Shown here in pieces: positions 18,890-28,451 of a stretch of DNA of 64,000 nucleotides. The translations under genes and the position numbers were made by a program. Position 1 is the first letter of the stretch, and each line of letters begins with the position of its first letter. The notes beneath the pieces were generated by a model, which did no database searches, was not told the origin of the DNA, and worked only from the letters and a program-made list of their open reading frames with translations. Source of the stretch: an uncultured bacterium (GTDB taxonomy: Bacteria > Oederibacteriota > Oederibacteriia > Oederibacteriales > Oederibacteriaceae); assembly GCA_965112635.1 (NCBI GenBank), contig OZ218778.1:1952001-2016000 (forward strand), read 5' to 3'.

Positions 18890-19939
18890 ATGAAAAAAAA
18901 GAGCCTGTTTTATCTGTTGTTGTTAGGACTGTGCCTGGGGACGGCTTTTTTTGTTTCCTTGACCGTGGGACCTGTCCAAGTTCCCTTTACGGCCTGCTGC
19001 CAGATCCTGGTTTCCGCTATTTCCCATGGGCCTTCCGCCGCACCGGAACTTCCCCAGGAATGGGCTGATATCGTCCTTAAAATAAGGCTTCCCCGCCTGC
19101 TGCTGGGCCTGCTGGTGGGGGCTTGCCTGGGGACCGCGGGGGCGGTCTACCAGAGCCTGCTGGGCAATCCCCTGGCGGACCCGTACACGCTGGGGATCTC
19201 TTCGGGAGCGGCGCTGGGCGCCACCATCGCCTTTTTCCTGGGCGGGCTGGTGCAGTCTGAACTGCTGAAGTTCCTGCTGTTCGGGCCCTATACCGTCCCG
19301 CTCTGGGCTTTTGCCGGCGCGCTGTTGACCTTGTTCCTTCTTTACCTCCTGGCCAGGGTGTCCGGCAAACTTCCGGCCGTGACGCTGCTGCTGGCCGGGG
19401 TCATGGTCAGCGCGTTCTTTTCCGCCCTCATCCTGCTGCTGGTATGTCTAGGCAACCGGCAGATGGAGGAGATCTTTTTTTGGCTTATCGGCAGCCTGAG
19501 CACCGTGGACTTCTCCCTTTTAAAAGTGGCCTGGGTCTACAGCCTCCTGTGTTTCATCCTCATTTACGCCTGCGCTAAGGACCTCAACGCCCTGTCCCTG
19601 GGCGAAGAAAAAGCCGTGCACCTGGGCGTGGCCGTGGAAAAGGTCAAGACTTTCCTGTTCGTGGTCGTTTCGTTGATGGTCGGGGCGTGCGTTTCATTGA
19701 GCGGCCTCATCGGTTTTGTAGGCCTGCTGGTGCCGCACGCCTTGAGAGTGCTGGTCGGGGCAGACCACAGGGTCTTGCTGCCGGCTTGCGCCTTGGGCGG
19801 GGGTTTTTTCCTGATCTGCGCTGATACCCTGGCCAGGACCATGACCGCTCCCACCGAACTGCCCGTGGGCGTCATGACCGCCTTGCTGGGGGCGCCGTTT
19901 TTCCTCTATCTATTGAGGAAGAGCCGCAAGCTCCATTGA
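18890..19939 (+). CDS. FecCD/BtuC-family ABC transporter permease
   Basis: IRLPR, NPLADPYTLGISSGA, GFVGLLVPH, ELPVG. Confidence 0.93.
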   Translation: MKKKSLFYLLLLGLCLGTAFFVSLTVGPVQVPFTACCQILVSAISHGPSAAPELPQEWADIVLKIRLPRLLLGLLVGACLGTAGAVYQSLLGNPLADPYTLGISSGAALGATIAFFLGGLVQSELLKFLLFGPYTVPLWAFAGALLTLFLLYLLARVSGKLPAVTLLLAGVMVSAFFSALILLLVCLGNRQMEEIFFWLIGSLSTVDFSLLKVAWVYSLLCFILIYACAKDLNALSLGEEKAVHLGVAVEKVKTFLFVVVSLMVGACVSLSGLIGFVGLLVPHALRVLVGADHRVLLPACALGGGFFLICADTLARTMTAPTELPVGVMTALLGAPFFLYLLRKSRKLH

Positions 19940-19970
19940 GCCTAGGGAAGGGAACGGAGGGCGAGGGCTG

Positions 19971-20786
19971 ATGCAGGAAAGGAAAACATATTTAAAAGGC
20001 AGGCCGATCCTCAAGGTCAAGGGTTTATGCGCCGGTTATTTTAACCATCCTGTCCTCAAGGACATCAGCTTTGACCTCAAACAGGGAGAATGGCTGGGGG
20101 TCATCGGACCCAACGGCGCCGGCAAGACGACCCTGCTCAAGAGCCTGTGCCGGGTGATCGTCCCTGAGGCCGGTTCCGTGTGGTACCTTGGCCGGGAAAT
20201 CCGGGATTGGCCGACCCGGGAACTGGCGCGCCATATCGCGATCCTTTCCGCCGAGGATACCATGAGGTTCCCCTTCACGGTCAGGGAAGTGGTCATGATG
20301 GGCCGCAGCCCCTACTGGTCCCGTTTCGGGTGGGAAAGCAGGGATGACCAGCGGATCGTGGATAAAAGTCTTGCCCTGTCCGATACCACGGAGTTGCAGG
20401 ACAAGACCTTTTTTGACCTTTCCTCAGGGGAAAAAAGACGGGTGATGATCAGCCAGGCTCTGGCCCAGGAACCCCAACTCCTATTCCTGGACGAGCCTAA
20501 CGCCTTTCTAGACCTCAAACACCAAGTCCAGTTGTTCAGCCTTTTAAAACAACTGCATCAGACCCAAAAATTGACCCTTTTAATGACCCTTCACGACCTG
20601 AACCTGGCCGCTGAATTCTGTTCCCGGCTGATCCTTTTAAAACAGGGTGAAATTGTTACTGCGGGCAGGCCCCAGGATGTTCTGACCATGGCTAATTTAA
20701 GACAGGTTTACGGGGTTCAGGCAAAGGTCTGGAAAAACCCCGTAACCCGGACCCCCTGGATTTTTCCCGTCAGTGTAGTTAAATAG
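19971..20786 (+). CDS. Iron-chelate/cobalamin ABC transporter ATP-binding protein
   Basis: GPNGAGKTT, LSSGE, LDEP, HDLNLAA. Confidence 0.93.
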   Translation: MQERKTYLKGRPILKVKGLCAGYFNHPVLKDISFDLKQGEWLGVIGPNGAGKTTLLKSLCRVIVPEAGSVWYLGREIRDWPTRELARHIAILSAEDTMRFPFTVREVVMMGRSPYWSRFGWESRDDQRIVDKSLALSDTTELQDKTFFDLSSGEKRRVMISQALAQEPQLLFLDEPNAFLDLKHQVQLFSLLKQLHQTQKLTLLMTLHDLNLAAEFCSRLILLKQGEIVTAGRPQDVLTMANLRQVYGVQAKVWKNPVTRTPWIFPVSVVK

Positions 20787-20814
20787 ACAGTGAAGTTTTC
20801 CTTTTAAGGAGGAT

Positions 20815-21681
20815 TTGACCGTGTTGCTTAAGCGCAGAGTTTTGATCGCCACAGCCATTCTGTTCATAGGGTGCCTGGCCACCCTTTCCTGGGCTGAGGA
20901 TACCCTTTTAGATAGGCTGACCTCGCCAGATTTCAGGTCCAGACAGCGCGCTCTGGGAGAACTCCGTGCTCTGGATCAAAAAGACAGACAACCCCTGATT
21001 CCAGGACTCATCCAGGTCCTCAAAGAAGGGGACAAGAACAGCCGGGAGGGCGCGGGCGATGCCCTCGCGGCCATTGGCGCTCCCGTTGTGCCCCAGCTTT
21101 TAAAAGCCTTGAACTCCGGCGATACGGCCCAGTGCAAGCTGGTCATCAAGACCCTGGGCGACATGGGACAGGACGGCCAGGCCGCGGTCCCTAAGTTGGT
21201 GCGCTTGTATAACAGGAGCACGGATAAGGAGACGCGTTATTTCATAGTGGCCGCCTGGGGAGGCATCGGGCCGTGGGCCAGCGAAGCCTTTTCTGTGATC
21301 CGGGACGCCTTGAACAGCGACGATGCGACCATGCGGCAGATCGCCACCCATACCCTCGGACAGATGGGCGTGAACGGGGCAGAGGCATTGCCGGACCTGG
21401 TCAGGGCCATGGCGGAGGACCAGGATTACAGCCTGAGGCTCAGCGCCGTCAAAGCCGTGGGGAACATGGGACGCAGGGCCGCGGGGTCGGTGGGCGTCCT
21501 CACCCATATTGTCAAGAACGACGATGATAAATTGGAGATCAAGGACGCGGCTTATTATTCCCTGAAAAATATCGGCACTCCCGAGGCTTTGGACGCTTCT
21601 GAATGGTACAGACGCGAGGTCATCAAAGACACCCATATGCCCGACGCTTTTAAAAAAGTTCTCAATGCGAATGATGAATAA
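20815..21681 (+). CDS. Secreted HEAT-repeat (PBS lyase-like) protein
   Basis: Signal peptide followed by repeated 'R..A..ALG.IG..AVP.L' helices; exact start uncertain. Confidence 0.8.
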   Translation: MTVLLKRRVLIATAILFIGCLATLSWAEDTLLDRLTSPDFRSRQRALGELRALDQKDRQPLIPGLIQVLKEGDKNSREGAGDALAAIGAPVVPQLLKALNSGDTAQCKLVIKTLGDMGQDGQAAVPKLVRLYNRSTDKETRYFIVAAWGGIGPWASEAFSVIRDALNSDDATMRQIATHTLGQMGVNGAEALPDLVRAMAEDQDYSLRLSAVKAVGNMGRRAAGSVGVLTHIVKNDDDKLEIKDAAYYSLKNIGTPEALDASEWYRREVIKDTHMPDAFKKVLNANDE

Positions 21682-23419
21682 GCACAGCCAAAGCATTCTA
21701 TGGGCCTCCGGTTTTTTGCTTTTGTTCCTCTTGTCCTTCCCGTTTTCCAGCCAGGGCCAGGAGCTTTGGCCCAGCGATGAAGCCAGTATAGACCTGAAAC
21801 ACCAGGAAAACGCCGGCGAATTCCTGCAAACCGTCCCCGGAGTTTTGGAACAAGGTTTGGGGACCCTGCAAAGCCCTTTTCTTGCCGCGATGCGGGGAGC
21901 CTCCAGCCGGCAAAGCCTTTACCTTTTCGAAGGAACACCCCTCAACTCGCCGCTGACCGGGACCGTTGACCTTTCCACGGTGTCCGTCCATGGCGTAGGA
22001 GGCATCACGGCAGAAAGTGTCCCGGTTATCCAGGTACAAGCTTCGCCCGGAGGGGCCTTTGAACTGTCGGCCAAAAAACCCCACGATTTGTTTTCCTTTG
22101 GGGATTCCTTTTTCGTCCAGGATTATAAGGGTCTGGGTTTTAATGTCCATCAGGGCGTTAACCTGGATTTTCTGCAGTACAACCTGCAATACAGCCGTTT
22201 TACCTCGGACGGGTGGACGGCTAACAGTAGTGTAAGCCGCAGCCAGGGCAACGGTTATTTTGGGTATGATTTTGATCCTGAACATAATCTGTCTTTTTGT
22301 TTCGACCATTTTGAGGACACCAAGGGGGACCCCGGACCTTCGGGTCAATTCCAGGGCGTCTATCCCTGCCGGCAAAATACGGACAGGGCTGATCGTATGG
22401 TCCTGGACTACCGCGCAGCGGTCACCAGTGTTTGGGGTGCCGATTTCAAGGGTTTTATGAACACAAACCAGAACCAGGATAGCAACCTCGGGTCGGTCTT
22501 GCTGGATTCCAGGGACAGCCTCAGCGGAGTCATCTGGCAGAATCAGTTCAACCTTAACAGGAACTGGGAAATAGAAGCAGGGGCCAATCTCCAACAGGGG
22601 TGGGGCCACTCGACCTTGCTGAACACCGACCAGCAGCAGACCGCGGGCGATTATTCTCTGGGGAGCCGGATCGTATGGCAGGATAACTGGACCCTGAAAG
22701 CAGAGGCCTCCAACACTTTGACTGATGCCAGGCGGCTGGGCATGGAAAATTTCAGCGGTTTGGTCCAATGGGGAAGCGAAAATGGGATCAGGACGTGGTT
22801 CAGTGCCGGAAGAACGCTGCGGCCACCTACTTTGCTGGAACTTTACGGGTCCGGCACAGGCAACTCCCAACTTTTACCCGAGGAGGCGGCAAACGCGGAA
22901 TCCGGCTTGGAAGTGCAGTCAGGCGATTGGGCCTTTCAGCCGGTCCTGTTTGGCACCCAGGTCACCGATTACATCAACCAGGGGCCCGCGGGCGTTTATG
23001 ACAACCTCGGGCAGGAGCAGTGGTACGGGTTGGAGTTCCAGGCGATATGGAAACCCAATCCACAGATCCTGGTCGCCGGCCACGAGATGTGGCTTAAGGC
23101 GCAGTCCAAGAGGCCGGAGCAGACGGATTGGACGGATTTGCCCTATAAGCCCCAGGCCAGCGGAGCAGCCAACCTGTCCGTCATCCTGGAAGGCGCGGCG
23201 CTGACCCTGGAGGAACAATACGTTGGTTCCCGGCAGTCGGAAACCAACCAAGGTTTGGACAATTACGGACTGACAAACCTGTACCTTGATTATTACGGCG
23301 AACAATGGGGATTTTTCCTGAACGTATTTAACCTGATGGATTTGAGGAGTTACCAGATAAGCCAGGGATATGACGGAGAGCCGAGGGTTTATAAGGGGGG
23401 CGTTACCTGGAAATTTTAA
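21665..23419 (+). CDS. TonB-dependent receptor (BtuB-like, short)
   Basis: Plug LQTVPGV..MRGASS; R.PTLLELY, N.QLLPE, NVFNL, terminal W-K-F; exact start uncertain. Confidence 0.8.
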   Translation: MRMMNKHSQSILWASGFLLLFLLSFPFSSQGQELWPSDEASIDLKHQENAGEFLQTVPGVLEQGLGTLQSPFLAAMRGASSRQSLYLFEGTPLNSPLTGTVDLSTVSVHGVGGITAESVPVIQVQASPGGAFELSAKKPHDLFSFGDSFFVQDYKGLGFNVHQGVNLDFLQYNLQYSRFTSDGWTANSSVSRSQGNGYFGYDFDPEHNLSFCFDHFEDTKGDPGPSGQFQGVYPCRQNTDRADRMVLDYRAAVTSVWGADFKGFMNTNQNQDSNLGSVLLDSRDSLSGVIWQNQFNLNRNWEIEAGANLQQGWGHSTLLNTDQQQTAGDYSLGSRIVWQDNWTLKAEASNTLTDARRLGMENFSGLVQWGSENGIRTWFSAGRTLRPPTLLELYGSGTGNSQLLPEEAANAESGLEVQSGDWAFQPVLFGTQVTDYINQGPAGVYDNLGQEQWYGLEFQAIWKPNPQILVAGHEMWLKAQSKRPEQTDWTDLPYKPQASGAANLSVILEGAALTLEEQYVGSRQSETNQGLDNYGLTNLYLDYYGEQWGFFLNVFNLMDLRSYQISQGYDGEPRVYKGGVTWKF

Positions 23420-23425
23420 AGGCGC

Positions 23426-24268
23426 TTATAAGCCGATCTCCAGGCCAGCATATGCCATTTCCACGGCCATGGAAGAGCCCGCATTCACGACAGCCTGCCT
23501 AGCTTCCGCCAGTAGAGCGTCCACAGCCTGGTCGCCCCGATCCTGATTGATATGCCACAAGACCAGTTTTTTTACTTTGGCCTGGAGCCCCAGCTTGACC
23601 GTGTCCAGGAAAATCGAATGGCCGAACCCTTTGGAAAAAGCGTTGTATTCTTTTTCCGTGTATTCCGCGTCGTGAATCAGCACATCCGCGTCCTGGACGA
23701 ACTTGGCATAATCATTAAAACTCTTACCGTCGGGATGCTTGAGGGTGAGCTCGTTATCCGGCAGAAAAGCAACGCTTTTGCCGCCTTCTTGGATGAGATA
23801 TCCGAATCCCCCGTTGGGATGGCTCAGGGGGATGGTCTTAACTTTTAGGCCGGCGAAGGACATGGTCTTTGAACAAACTTTATCAAAGTTGAGTTTTGCG
23901 CCGACCTGCTGGAGCTGGACAGGGAAATGGGGCGGATGCATCAGATATTGGAGCGCAGTTTTGAGACTTTTTTGGGCAGCGGTCCAGCCGTGCAGGGAGA
24001 TGACCGTATCTTTACGGAAAAGGGGTTTAAAGAAAGGAAAACCCATGATGTGGTCCCAGTGGGCATGGCTCAAAAGCATATGGAATTCTTTGCGGCCATC
24101 CTGAAGAACTTTGTTCCCCATACGGCGTAATCCCGTGCCAGCGTCCAGGATCACGGTTTGCCCGTCACGGGTAACCAATTCAATGCAAGTGGTATCCCCG
24201 CCGTATCTTGCGTATTCAGGGCCGCTCACCGGAATGGAACCGCGGCAACCCCATACGTGAAGATTCAT
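23426..24268 (-). CDS. MBL-fold metallo-hydrolase
   Basis: WGCRGSIP, LDAGTG, SHAHWDHIMGFPFF, LIHDAEY, GHS. Confidence 0.92.
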   Translation of the reverse strand: MNLHVWGCRGSIPVSGPEYARYGGDTTCIELVTRDGQTVILDAGTGLRRMGNKVLQDGRKEFHMLLSHAHWDHIMGFPFFKPLFRKDTVISLHGWTAAQKSLKTALQYLMHPPHFPVQLQQVGAKLNFDKVCSKTMSFAGLKVKTIPLSHPNGGFGYLIQEGGKSVAFLPDNELTLKHPDGKSFNDYAKFVQDADVLIHDAEYTEKEYNAFSKGFGHSIFLDTVKLGLQAKVKKLVLWHINQDRGDQAVDALLAEARQAVVNAGSSMAVEMAYAGLEIGL

Positions 24269-24441
24269 CCCTATCCTCCACTTTCACCAGTTTTTACTAA
24301 GCAGGAAACTAATTCAGTCTATAGCCTATTTTATATAGGGTCAAGGAAAGAAAATGTGTTTATGGCCACAAAAAAGCTGAAAAACCGTAAGTTTATAGGG
24401 GCCAGAGGAGGTTTTTGACCAATAAATTTCCTTTATTATAG

Positions 24442-24469
24442 GGAACTTTTTTTATATTTGGTTGTCTAA
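24442..24469 (+). promoter_or_regulatory. ECF (sigmaE/AlgU-type) promoter
   Basis: GGAACTT-N15-GTCTAA (GAACTT-N16-TCTAA) about 60 bp upstream of the SGNH gene pair; same motif at 50984. Confidence 0.65.
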
Positions 24470-24528
24470 CAAGTTAGAAGAAAAGCGGGTATAATTACCT
24501 CAATATTTAAAATTTTTTAAGGGAGGTA

Positions 24529-25578
24529 ATGATGAAATTGTTCAATATAAAGCGACTTGTTTGCTTAGCTGTGACACTGCTATTATGTTGCAATGTGATG
24601 TCACTATTTGCCCAAGTACCCAATATCAGCCGGGAAACCTGGTCCTGGGTGAACGAATGCCAGGCCAGGAGTGCGATTTACAAGAAAAACCATGGCGGCA
24701 ATTCTACCGGTATCGTCTGCCATTTTGGGGATTCCATCACCTACGCCAGCCCTTACTCAAGCTGGGCTAGAAACGGTGAAGGACAAACGCCGGAAGATGT
24801 CGCTGTCCTCAAGTGGATGCATGTGGGAGGACACCAAGGACCGACCGACCCGGGGCCCACTATCACGAATAAAATGCCGGATGATTGCGCGGCCGTCAAG
24901 GCAGCCTGGGGGCAGGACGGGTGGTGGCTGGCTTATGTGGACATGAGCTACAACGGTTCTTATACGGCGAGGAGCGGCATCAACACCGAACAGTTTTTAG
25001 ACGGGGGCCACGACCTGCCTCCCGTGAATGACATGATGAACTGCTATGACCCGGAGATTGCGGTCGTGATGCTGGGTACTAATGATGGGGGCCAAAAGAT
25101 TTCCGCGTCCAATACGCAGAATTATTTGGACACGATCGTCACGCAAATGCTCTATCCTGGCGGGAATACTTCGGGCTCGCAAAGAGGGTGTATTCCCATC
25201 CTGACCACTCTGTCCCCGAGCGCTAATTTTGACGTCACCCCTTATAACGCGGCCATCGTGTCTGTGGCGACAAAGTATAACCTGCCCTTGATCGATTTTT
25301 ACAGTGAAGTCCAACTCAGGCAGCCGGGCACGCCGACATCGGGAGCCTGGCTGGGCACCCTGATCAACCCCCTGCCGGATGGAACCCATCCCACCGCGTC
25401 CGGCGGCAACTTCACGGCATCCAGCAATCCTTATACTGATAACTACGCGGCTCTGGCGCAGGTGGGATATTTGCTCCGCTGTTTCATAACAGTCAAGAAA
25501 ATTGAAGATGTCAAATCCAAATGCATTGATGCCGCGAATGGCGGCAATACGGCTCCGGCGCCTAATCCAGGGCAGTAA
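24529..25578 (+). CDS. Secreted SGNH/GDSL hydrolase
   Basis: Signal peptide; FGDSIT, LGTND and DGTHP catalytic blocks. Confidence 0.82.
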   Translation: MMKLFNIKRLVCLAVTLLLCCNVMSLFAQVPNISRETWSWVNECQARSAIYKKNHGGNSTGIVCHFGDSITYASPYSSWARNGEGQTPEDVAVLKWMHVGGHQGPTDPGPTITNKMPDDCAAVKAAWGQDGWWLAYVDMSYNGSYTARSGINTEQFLDGGHDLPPVNDMMNCYDPEIAVVMLGTNDGGQKISASNTQNYLDTIVTQMLYPGGNTSGSQRGCIPILTTLSPSANFDVTPYNAAIVSVATKYNLPLIDFYSEVQLRQPGTPTSGAWLGTLINPLPDGTHPTASGGNFTASSNPYTDNYAALAQVGYLLRCFITVKKIEDVKSKCIDAANGGNTAPAPNPGQ

Positions 25579-25597
25579 TTTATAGAAAGGAAGGGTC

Positions 25598-27472
25598 ATG
25601 AAAAACAAAATTAGTCATGTTTTATTGATGACTATTTTGTTGTTTGCCTGTGGCAAGGGCCTGGCTTTTGGAGCTGGCCTAGGATACCCGCCAGCCAGTG
25701 TGATGGACGTTGAAAACTGGCAATGGATCTGCCACTGCCAAACCCTGCATACTGCCTATAAAGCGGCCTATGGAGACACCGGTATTGTGTGTCATTTTGG
25801 GGATTCCATCACCTACGCCAACCAGTATGGTGTTTGGGCCGACAGGTCCGGAGGACCCGGTTTTACGGCGGCTGACACTTTGGTCACGCAATGGATGCAT
25901 GTGGGCGGGCCGGGTGACCCGAATCCAGTGAGTCCTTATTCATTGCCCGCTAATTGTGCAACGATCACAGGTTGGTGGCAAAAGGATGGGTTTAGTTTGC
26001 AACGCGTGGATATGACCTACGACGGGTCATACACGGCGATGAGCGGTATTACAACGGACCAATATTTAAATGGGACAGATAACCTTCCCGTGCCCAGTGC
26101 GATGATAAATTGCTTTAACCCTGAAATAATCGTAATTCTGCTGGGGACCAATGACGCGAAAACCGCGGTTCCAGTAGCGACAATGCAAGCCAATTTGAAT
26201 TCTATCGTCCAGGAGTGCATGGCCAAAAATGGCATCCCCATCCTGACCACTCTGCCTCCGAGCTGCGCGGGATTTGACGTAACGAATTACAACACGGCGA
26301 TCATGACCGTAGCGCAGAATAACCAAATACCGGTGATCGGGTTTAACCAGGCTATCATGTTTGAACAGCCCGGGGGGACAGAGACTGCAGGTCCTTGGTC
26401 ATCGACTTTGATAAGTGCTGATTGTATCCATCCAAGCGGCACAGATGCCAGTAGCGACCCGACGGCGAACAATTACGCGGACCTACAGCAAGGAGGATAT
26501 CTATTACGGACGTGGCTGACTATAAAGAAGATCGAGGAGGTGTACGCGAATTGCGTGACCGGGACCGGCTCCTGTGGCACGAACACAGCCACCTTTACCA
26601 TCACAAATACATCGACTCCCATGCCCACATCGACTGCAACCGTGACGGCTTCTCCAACAGGGACTCGGACAGGGACCGCGACGGGGACGAGCACTGCAAC
26701 CCCTCTAGGAACTTCGACGAACACAGCCACCGCCACGCAGACAGCAACGGGGACGAATACGGCAACGCCTATTGGAACCTCCACTTATACTCTCACCTCC
26801 AGCCAGACAGGAACTGTAACCCAGACCCTCACGGAAACGCTGACCTCAACGCAGACTTTGACTTCTTCGCAGACCCTGACGCCATCCCTGACCCTGACCA
26901 GTTCGATGACCAGCACGAGTTCAACTACCTCGACGGAGACCTTGACCCCTTCCCAGACCCTTACGCCATCGCAGACTTTGACCCCTTCCCAAACCTTTAC
27001 CAATACGGCCACAGCCACTGTCACGACGACCCAGACCATAACCTTTACCTTTACCCAGACCCTTACTTCTTCTCAGACCTTGACCTCTTCCCAAACCACT
27101 ACGGGTTCGCCTACCCTAACCCAGACCATTACTCTGACCTGCAGCAACACACCCACGCCCTATGGGCCGGTCAATATCACCAGGATAGTGCCCTATCCCA
27201 ACCCCTATAGCGGCAACGGGTACATTTCCTTCTATTACGTACTGTCCACGGGAGGAATAGATTCGGTGGTCATCAAGGTTTACACGACCTGCATGAGATT
27301 GGTCAAAGAGTTCGACAATTGCCCTGAAAATTGCGGCCAGAACATCGTTTCATGGGACTCCAGGGACCATTTTGGGTCTAGCTTGGCCAACGGCCTTTAT
27401 TACTTCACTATCGAAGCTAAGCGGGAGCATGAAAGCATCAGAAAAATCGGCAAGCTCTCGGTGCTGAGGTAA
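25598..27472 (+). CDS. Secreted SGNH/GDSL hydrolase with Thr-rich linker and T9SS/FlgD-like CTD
   Basis: FGDSIT, LGTND and DCIHP blocks; QTLTPS repeats; YPNPY..WDSRD..LANGLY..KLSVLR. Confidence 0.85.
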   Translation: MKNKISHVLLMTILLFACGKGLAFGAGLGYPPASVMDVENWQWICHCQTLHTAYKAAYGDTGIVCHFGDSITYANQYGVWADRSGGPGFTAADTLVTQWMHVGGPGDPNPVSPYSLPANCATITGWWQKDGFSLQRVDMTYDGSYTAMSGITTDQYLNGTDNLPVPSAMINCFNPEIIVILLGTNDAKTAVPVATMQANLNSIVQECMAKNGIPILTTLPPSCAGFDVTNYNTAIMTVAQNNQIPVIGFNQAIMFEQPGGTETAGPWSSTLISADCIHPSGTDASSDPTANNYADLQQGGYLLRTWLTIKKIEEVYANCVTGTGSCGTNTATFTITNTSTPMPTSTATVTASPTGTRTGTATGTSTATPLGTSTNTATATQTATGTNTATPIGTSTYTLTSSQTGTVTQTLTETLTSTQTLTSSQTLTPSLTLTSSMTSTSSTTSTETLTPSQTLTPSQTLTPSQTFTNTATATVTTTQTITFTFTQTLTSSQTLTSSQTTTGSPTLTQTITLTCSNTPTPYGPVNITRIVPYPNPYSGNGYISFYYVLSTGGIDSVVIKVYTTCMRLVKEFDNCPENCGQNIVSWDSRDHFGSSLANGLYYFTIEAKREHESIRKIGKLSVLR

Positions 27473-27644
27473 CTGGTCAGTACATCCAACCGGATATATT
27501 TTTCAATCCAACTAATTCCTTTATAAGCCCGATTACGCCCTCTAGTTTTGTTTGACTTTAGAAAACACCAATGATAAAAGTTAGCCATTAATCGGTGAGA
27601 TGTTTTTTGTTTGAATTACGACATTTTGAAAAAGGAATAAAAAA

Positions 27645-28451
27645 GTGGGTTACAAAGCAAAGCTATATACTGCCATTATTTTGGGGGTACTGGGAGCGTT
27701 ATTAAGTTATCTTTACCTTTCCTACAAAGAGAATGAATTGCTTTCCAGGGCCCAATCCGTCAAGGTTTTGGTGGCCAAAAGATATATTCCTGCGTTTACC
27801 CGTCTTGACCCATCCATGCTTGAATTTAAAAGCATACCTGCAGATTATTTAGAGCCAGGCGTCGTGATGAAACCTGAAGACATTGTAGGCCAGGTGGCTT
27901 TGGCCCCCGTTATGGCCTCTGAGCAGATTCTTGCGACTAAATTCACCCGTACCGCCCTTTCTTTGGCCAGCATCGTTCCTGAAGGTAAAAGAGCTGTGAC
28001 CATCGGCGTTGATGCCGTCAAAGGAGTGGCTGGCCTAATCAGCCCCGGTGATTTTGTGGATATCGTAGCGACAATGGAAGTGACGGAAGGCAACGCGGTT
28101 AAATTGATGTCCACTGTTCTTTTGCAGAATATTAGAGTGTTGGCGGTTGGAAAAACTTTCAAGGAAAAAAGCGCCGAAGAGGAAACTGCCGCCGCGGACG
28201 GGGATGCCTCGGCCGTGACCTTGGCCCTGTCACCCCAGGAAGCTGAACTAGTTTCTTTTACTGAAGAAAAAGGGAAGATCAAGCTTGTCTTGCGGGGAAG
28301 CGGGGACAATGAGGATGTCAAAATCCCAGTTGTACAATCTTCGGCCATTGTCAATAAAATGGAGGCGCCCAAAGGTGAAGGGAGGGCAATGGAACTCTAC
28401 CGCGGGGGTGAGAGGACCAATATTCGTCTTAGGAAGGATAGTTTAAAATAA
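27645..28451 (+). CDS. cpaB: Flp pilus assembly protein CpaB (RcpC)
   Basis: N-terminal TM, SAF domain, GKRAVTI..GVAGLISPGDFVDI, LLQNIRVLAVG. Confidence 0.9.
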   Translation: MGYKAKLYTAIILGVLGALLSYLYLSYKENELLSRAQSVKVLVAKRYIPAFTRLDPSMLEFKSIPADYLEPGVVMKPEDIVGQVALAPVMASEQILATKFTRTALSLASIVPEGKRAVTIGVDAVKGVAGLISPGDFVDIVATMEVTEGNAVKLMSTVLLQNIRVLAVGKTFKEKSAEEETAAADGDASAVTLALSPQEAELVSFTEEKGKIKLVLRGSGDNEDVKIPVVQSSAIVNKMEAPKGEGRAMELYRGGERTNIRLRKDSLK

